In this document: one piece after another, positions 60,347 to 64,000 of the stretch
Layout: every line of letters starts with the position of its first letter
How positions within the stretch are numbered: the stretch's first letter is position 1
Assembly: GCA_963667175.2 (NCBI GenBank)
Contig: CAXXXF010000018.1
Coordinates: forward strand, 32,001 to 96,000
DNA length: 64,000 nucleotides
Direction of reading: 5' to 3'
Origin: Candidatus Latescibacterota bacterium
GTDB lineage: Bacteria; Latescibacterota; UBA2968; GCA-2709665
Notes under the pieces: model-generated
The model's input: only the letters and a program-made list of their open reading frames with translations
Database searches by the model: none
Told to the model about the DNA's origin: nothing
Program-made: the position numbers and the translations under genes

Positions 60347-62455
60347 ATGAATCTGGACGATCCAAAACTGTATACCAACCGGGAAATCTCCTGGCTTCGC
60401 TTCAACGAACGCGTCCTCGAGGAAGCCCGCGACCCCGGGAACCCCTTGTTGGAGCGGGTGAAGTTTCTCGCCATCGTGGCCAACAATCTGGACGAGTTTT
60501 TCGAAATCCGGGTTGCGGGGCTGCTGCAGCAGATGGAAGCCAGGGTTCCCGATGCCGGCCCCGACGGGCTGTTGCCCGACGAACTGTTCGAACTGGTTTC
60601 GCGGGAAGCCCACCGGATGGTCGACGAGCAATACGCCTGCTGGAACGACGAACTCCTGCCCGCGCTGAAGGACGCCGACGTACACGTCCGTTCGTTGTCC
60701 GACCTCGACGCCGCCGACAAGGCGTTTGTCAGGCATTACTGCCAGCGGGAACTGCATCCGGTATTGACGCCTCTCACCGTCAATCCCGCCCATCCCTTTC
60801 CGCGGGTGGTGAACAAGTCGCTCTGCATCGCCGTGTTGCTCAAGGACAGTGAAGGCGATACGTTGTTCGGCGTGGTTACCGTTCCGCGCCTATTGCCCCG
60901 TTTCATCCGGCTGCCCAGAGAAGACGAAGGCCGCCGCGTGGACTACGTCTCTCTTGCCGAACTCGTGAGAGCCCATATTCCGGAGTTGTACCGGGGGTAC
61001 AGGATCCTTGGCACGGCCGCCTTTCGAATCACGCGCAACAGCGACCTCTACCTCGATGAGGAAGAAGCCGACGACCTCCTGCTGGCCATCGAAGACGAAC
61101 TCAAACGCCGGCGCAAGGGCGATACCGTCCGATTGGAAATCGACGCGGCCGTGCCGGAACAGATCGAACGCCGTCTGCGGGCCATCTACGACCTGACCGA
61201 GAAACAGGTGTACCGCGTGAACGGCCCGGTCAATCTGAATCGATTGATGATGCTCTATGGCGCAACGCTGCGACCCGATCTGAAAGATGCCCCGTACCAG
61301 CCGACGGAATACGCCTACGCGGAAGAATTCGACCAGCTCTTCGCCGAAATCCGCCGCCGGGACATCCTGCTGCATCATCCCTACGACTCGTTCCAGCCGG
61401 TCATCCGGTTCGTGCAGGCCGCGGCGCGGGACCCGGACGTACTGGCCATCAAGCAGACCCTGTATCGGACGACCGAGGACTCGCCGATCATGGATGCCTT
61501 GCTCAAGGCGGCCGAGGCGGGCAAAGAGGTCACCGTCATCGTGGAACTCAAGGCCCGCTTCGATGAAGCATCCAACATCCGGTGGGCGCGGCAGCTCCAG
61601 GACGCCGGGGTGTACGTCGCCTACGGCGTGGTGGGCCTGAAGACCCACTGCAAACTGTCCATGCTGGTCCGGCGCGAAGCCGGCGGCCTCCGCCGCTACG
61701 CCCACGTCGGCACCGGAAACTACAACGCGTCGACGGCGCGCGTCTACACGGACCTGGGTCTGATGACGACCAGGGAGGACATCACCAGCGACGTCGCCGA
61801 AGTCTTCAATCTCCTTACGACGCAGTCCGACCGTCCGGAAGTCGAGAAACTGCTGGTTGCGCCCTTCAATATGATGGACTGTCTCCTCGGCAAAATCGAT
61901 CGTGAGATCGAGCACGCCCGAGGCGGCCGGCCGGCCCGCATCGTCTGCAAGATGAACTCGCTCCAGGACGAACGGGTGGCCAAAGCGCTCTATAAGGCTT
62001 CTCAGAACGGCGTGGACGTGGACCTGATCGTCCGCGGGATCTGCTGTGTCCGCCCGGGGATTCCCGGCGTCAGCGACCGCATTCGGGTCAGGAGCATTGT
62101 CGGGCGGTACCTCGAGCACAGCCGCATCTATATGTTCCACAACGGGGGCAATCCCGAAATCTACACGGGCAGCGCGGACTGGATGCCCCGCAATCTGCGC
62201 CGCCGCGTGGAGATTCTCTGCCCCATCGAAGACCCGGCGCTCGTCCGCCGAATTCAATCCGGGATTCTGTCTCCCTGCCTGGCGGACAACGTCAAGGCCC
62301 GCGAACTCCTTCCGGACGGCGACCATCGCCGCGTCGGGCCGTCAAACGGCAGACCGGCCCTTTCATCGCAGGACGTGATGATGGGTCTCGCCCGCGGAGA
62401 ATCTATCGACGTTCCGGATTTCTTTGCCGGCAACGGTCGGCAGCCGGATTCCTGA
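60347..62455 (+). CDS. ppk1: Polyphosphate kinase 1
   Basis: NREISWL.FNERVL, NLDEFF, LHHPYDSF, KQTLYR, ARFDE, KTHCK, EHSRIY, GSADWMPRN. Confidence 0.97.
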   Translation: MNLDDPKLYTNREISWLRFNERVLEEARDPGNPLLERVKFLAIVANNLDEFFEIRVAGLLQQMEARVPDAGPDGLLPDELFELVSREAHRMVDEQYACWNDELLPALKDADVHVRSLSDLDAADKAFVRHYCQRELHPVLTPLTVNPAHPFPRVVNKSLCIAVLLKDSEGDTLFGVVTVPRLLPRFIRLPREDEGRRVDYVSLAELVRAHIPELYRGYRILGTAAFRITRNSDLYLDEEEADDLLLAIEDELKRRRKGDTVRLEIDAAVPEQIERRLRAIYDLTEKQVYRVNGPVNLNRLMMLYGATLRPDLKDAPYQPTEYAYAEEFDQLFAEIRRRDILLHHPYDSFQPVIRFVQAAARDPDVLAIKQTLYRTTEDSPIMDALLKAAEAGKEVTVIVELKARFDEASNIRWARQLQDAGVYVAYGVVGLKTHCKLSMLVRREAGGLRRYAHVGTGNYNASTARVYTDLGLMTTREDITSDVAEVFNLLTTQSDRPEVEKLLVAPFNMMDCLLGKIDREIEHARGGRPARIVCKMNSLQDERVAKALYKASQNGVDVDLIVRGICCVRPGIPGVSDRIRVRSIVGRYLEHSRIYMFHNGGNPEIYTGSADWMPRNLRRRVEILCPIEDPALVRRIQSGILSPCLADNVKARELLPDGDHRRVGPSNGRPALSSQDVMMGLARGESIDVPDFFAGNGRQPDS

Positions 62456-62462
62456 AAACAAG

Positions 62463-62493
62463 AGACGGAGGACGTTCCCGCTGTCCTCCGTCT
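62463..62493. terminator. Hairpin between convergent ppk1 and phoR
   Basis: AGACGGAGGAC...GTCCTCCGTCT. Confidence 0.6.
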
Positions 62494-62526
62494 TCCATCC
62501 TTTCGCGGCGTCAGGGATGTACTGCT

Positions 62527-64000
62527 CTAGACGGTCTGAAGCGTGAAGCCGAAGGTAGACCCCGCGCCCAGTACGCTCGTCGCGTAGACCCGTTCCCCGT
62601 GGGCCTCAACGATATGCCGGACGATCGAGAGCCCCAGACCGGTTCCACCCAGGCTCCGGGAACGCCCCCTGTCGACCCTGTAGAATCGCTCGAACACGCG
62701 CGGCAGCGAATCCGACGGGATCCCGATACCGGTATCCGCGACCTCGAGCGCAAACCGTTCGCCCGAAGCGCCCGGCCCTGAGTGCTCATCCTCGTGGCCG
62801 GGGTGAGCCGCCAGTACAACGTTCGGCGCCGTCGCCGCGTCCGTACCCGCGAAAACTTCCTCCGACCCGAGCCGCCTTCCGGCCACCCGCACATGCCCGC
62901 CCCGGGTCGTGTATTTTACGGCGTTGTCGAGCAGGTTGACCACGGCCTGTTCGATCAGTTTCGGGTCGCCGCGGACCACCGGTTCGTCCTGAATTGCGAT
63001 TTCAACGACGATGTCATTTGCTTCGGCCTGGTTCCGGACGGAATCGAACGCCCGGTCCACCACTCGTCGAATCGCGAAATCCTCGATTTCAATCGCCGGC
63101 GCGTCGGACTGCATCCGCGAGAGATCGAGCAGGTCTTCCAGCAGCGCCTGGAGCCGGTCCGAATGCGTCAGAATGGTCTGCACGAATCGATCGGCGGTGG
63201 CGTGGTCTTCAAGCGCTCCGTCGGCCAGGGTATCCGCGCACCCCTTGATGGCCGTGAGCGGCGTCCGTATTTCATGGGATACGTTGGCCACGAAATCCTT
63301 GCGCGCACGCTCCAGCCGATGCAATTCGGTGGTGTCGTAGAAGACCGCCGCCACACCCATCCCCGCGCCCTCCCCGCGGATGGGACCCACGTGAACGTCG
63401 AAGTGTCTCTCTGGCGGACCGGACGCCGTCATTGCCCGCGTCAGGCCCTCGCCGGTTCTCAGGGTGTGTTCGATGGCCTCCTGCACCTTGACGTCGCGGA
63501 TCATTTCCACCGGCGGGCGGCCTTCCGAGGGGGACGTCACGCCGAAGAGGCGCTCGAAGGCGCGGTTGGTCAGCAGAACGCGGCCGTCGCGCCCCGTGAC
63601 GAGGATGCCGACGGTGATATCCGCGAGAATCGCCTCGAGCCGTGACTTTTCGCCCACGACGTCCGCGATCCGGTCGCCGACGTTCCGCCGGGCGGACGCC
63701 AGAGACGCCGCCAGATCCATGACTTCCGGGGAAGAAGCTATGGAAGGCGCCTCGCCGTCGAGGTCGCCCGCGGCGATGGAACGCGAGAATGCCGTCAATT
63801 CTCGTATTGGCCGGAAGACCGAACGCGAGAAGACGGCGGCCAGCGCCAACGCGGCGATCAACCCCGTCGCGGTGGCCAGCAGGACGGCTATATTGACGCG
63901 TTCCTGCAGGCGGTCCGCCATCAGGGCATCCTCAAGTGTAGCCGTCAGGTAAACATGCACGGTCGCCAGGGTCGTCAGGACGACGGCCGCGCACAGCAAC
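62527..64000 (-). CDS. phoR: Sensor histidine kinase, PhoR-like (5' end outside window)
   Basis: HAMP and PAS; DFVANVSHEIRTPLT, NLLDNAVKY, FERFYRVD, GGTGLGLSIV; Pho-cluster context. Confidence 0.88.
   Translation of the reverse strand, partial: LLCAAVVLTTLATVHVYLTATLEDALMADRLQERVNIAVLLATATGLIAALALAAVFSRSVFRPIRELTAFSRSIAAGDLDGEAPSIASSPEVMDLAASLASARRNVGDRIADVVGEKSRLEAILADITVGILVTGRDGRVLLTNRAFERLFGVTSPSEGRPPVEMIRDVKVQEAIEHTLRTGEGLTRAMTASGPPERHFDVHVGPIRGEGAGMGVAAVFYDTTELHRLERARKDFVANVSHEIRTPLTAIKGCADTLADGALEDHATADRFVQTILTHSDRLQALLEDLLDLSRMQSDAPAIEIEDFAIRRVVDRAFDSVRNQAEANDIVVEIAIQDEPVVRGDPKLIEQAVVNLLDNAVKYTTRGGHVRVAGRRLGSEEVFAGTDAATAPNVVLAAHPGHEDEHSGPGASGERFALEVADTGIGIPSDSLPRVFERFYRVDRGRSRSLGGTGLGLSIVRHIVEAHGERVYATSVLGAGSTFGFTLQTV

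Noticed and set aside
1-64000. tRNA/rRNA genes or prophage
   Set aside because: None recognised by eye; a tRNAscan/Infernal run would be needed to exclude small RNAs.

Overview
Bacterial genomic window with mostly high GC. The FDGDGAVGFxDF repeat protein, tandem PhyH dioxygenases and many small palindromic repeats are suggestive of a Latescibacterota-like lineage, but this is inference only. Four zones: (1) 1-11 kb, a defence island with an ApeA-like HEPN protein, a type IIG/ISP-like R-M fusion, a Dsr1-like sirtuin split by an ORF-less group II intron in antisense orientation, an MntA-like nucleotidyltransferase and an AAA ATPase. (2) 11-31 kb, an accessory zone with a TonB receptor, ferredoxin and radical SAM genes, many intact or decayed toxin-antitoxin modules, a frameshifted RES gene, Rpn fragments, orphan low-GC genes, an IS1182/IS5-like element with a matching MITE, and REP-like repeats. 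(3) 31-43 kb, two PhyH genes, pspA and a NUDIX-coxD-coxE-xdhC cluster. Its coxE-xdhC spacer holds a complete RT-encoding group II intron and an unclassified 1.7-kb element. (4) 43-64 kb, a Pho regulon (porin-pstSCAB-phoU, divergent TonB receptor cluster, CHAD-ParA-ppk1, phoR) with clear Pho boxes. Best candidates for new biology: the 1.7-kb CTAA-bounded element encoding a Rep_trans-like tyrosine nickase plus winged helix (possible non-HUH rolling-circle transposon); the ORF-less/ORF-containing intron pair whose EBS1 guide loops differ and each match their own insertion site; and a CHAD-ParA-Ppk1 module that may position polyphosphate granules. All family assignments come from motif recognition, not database searches.
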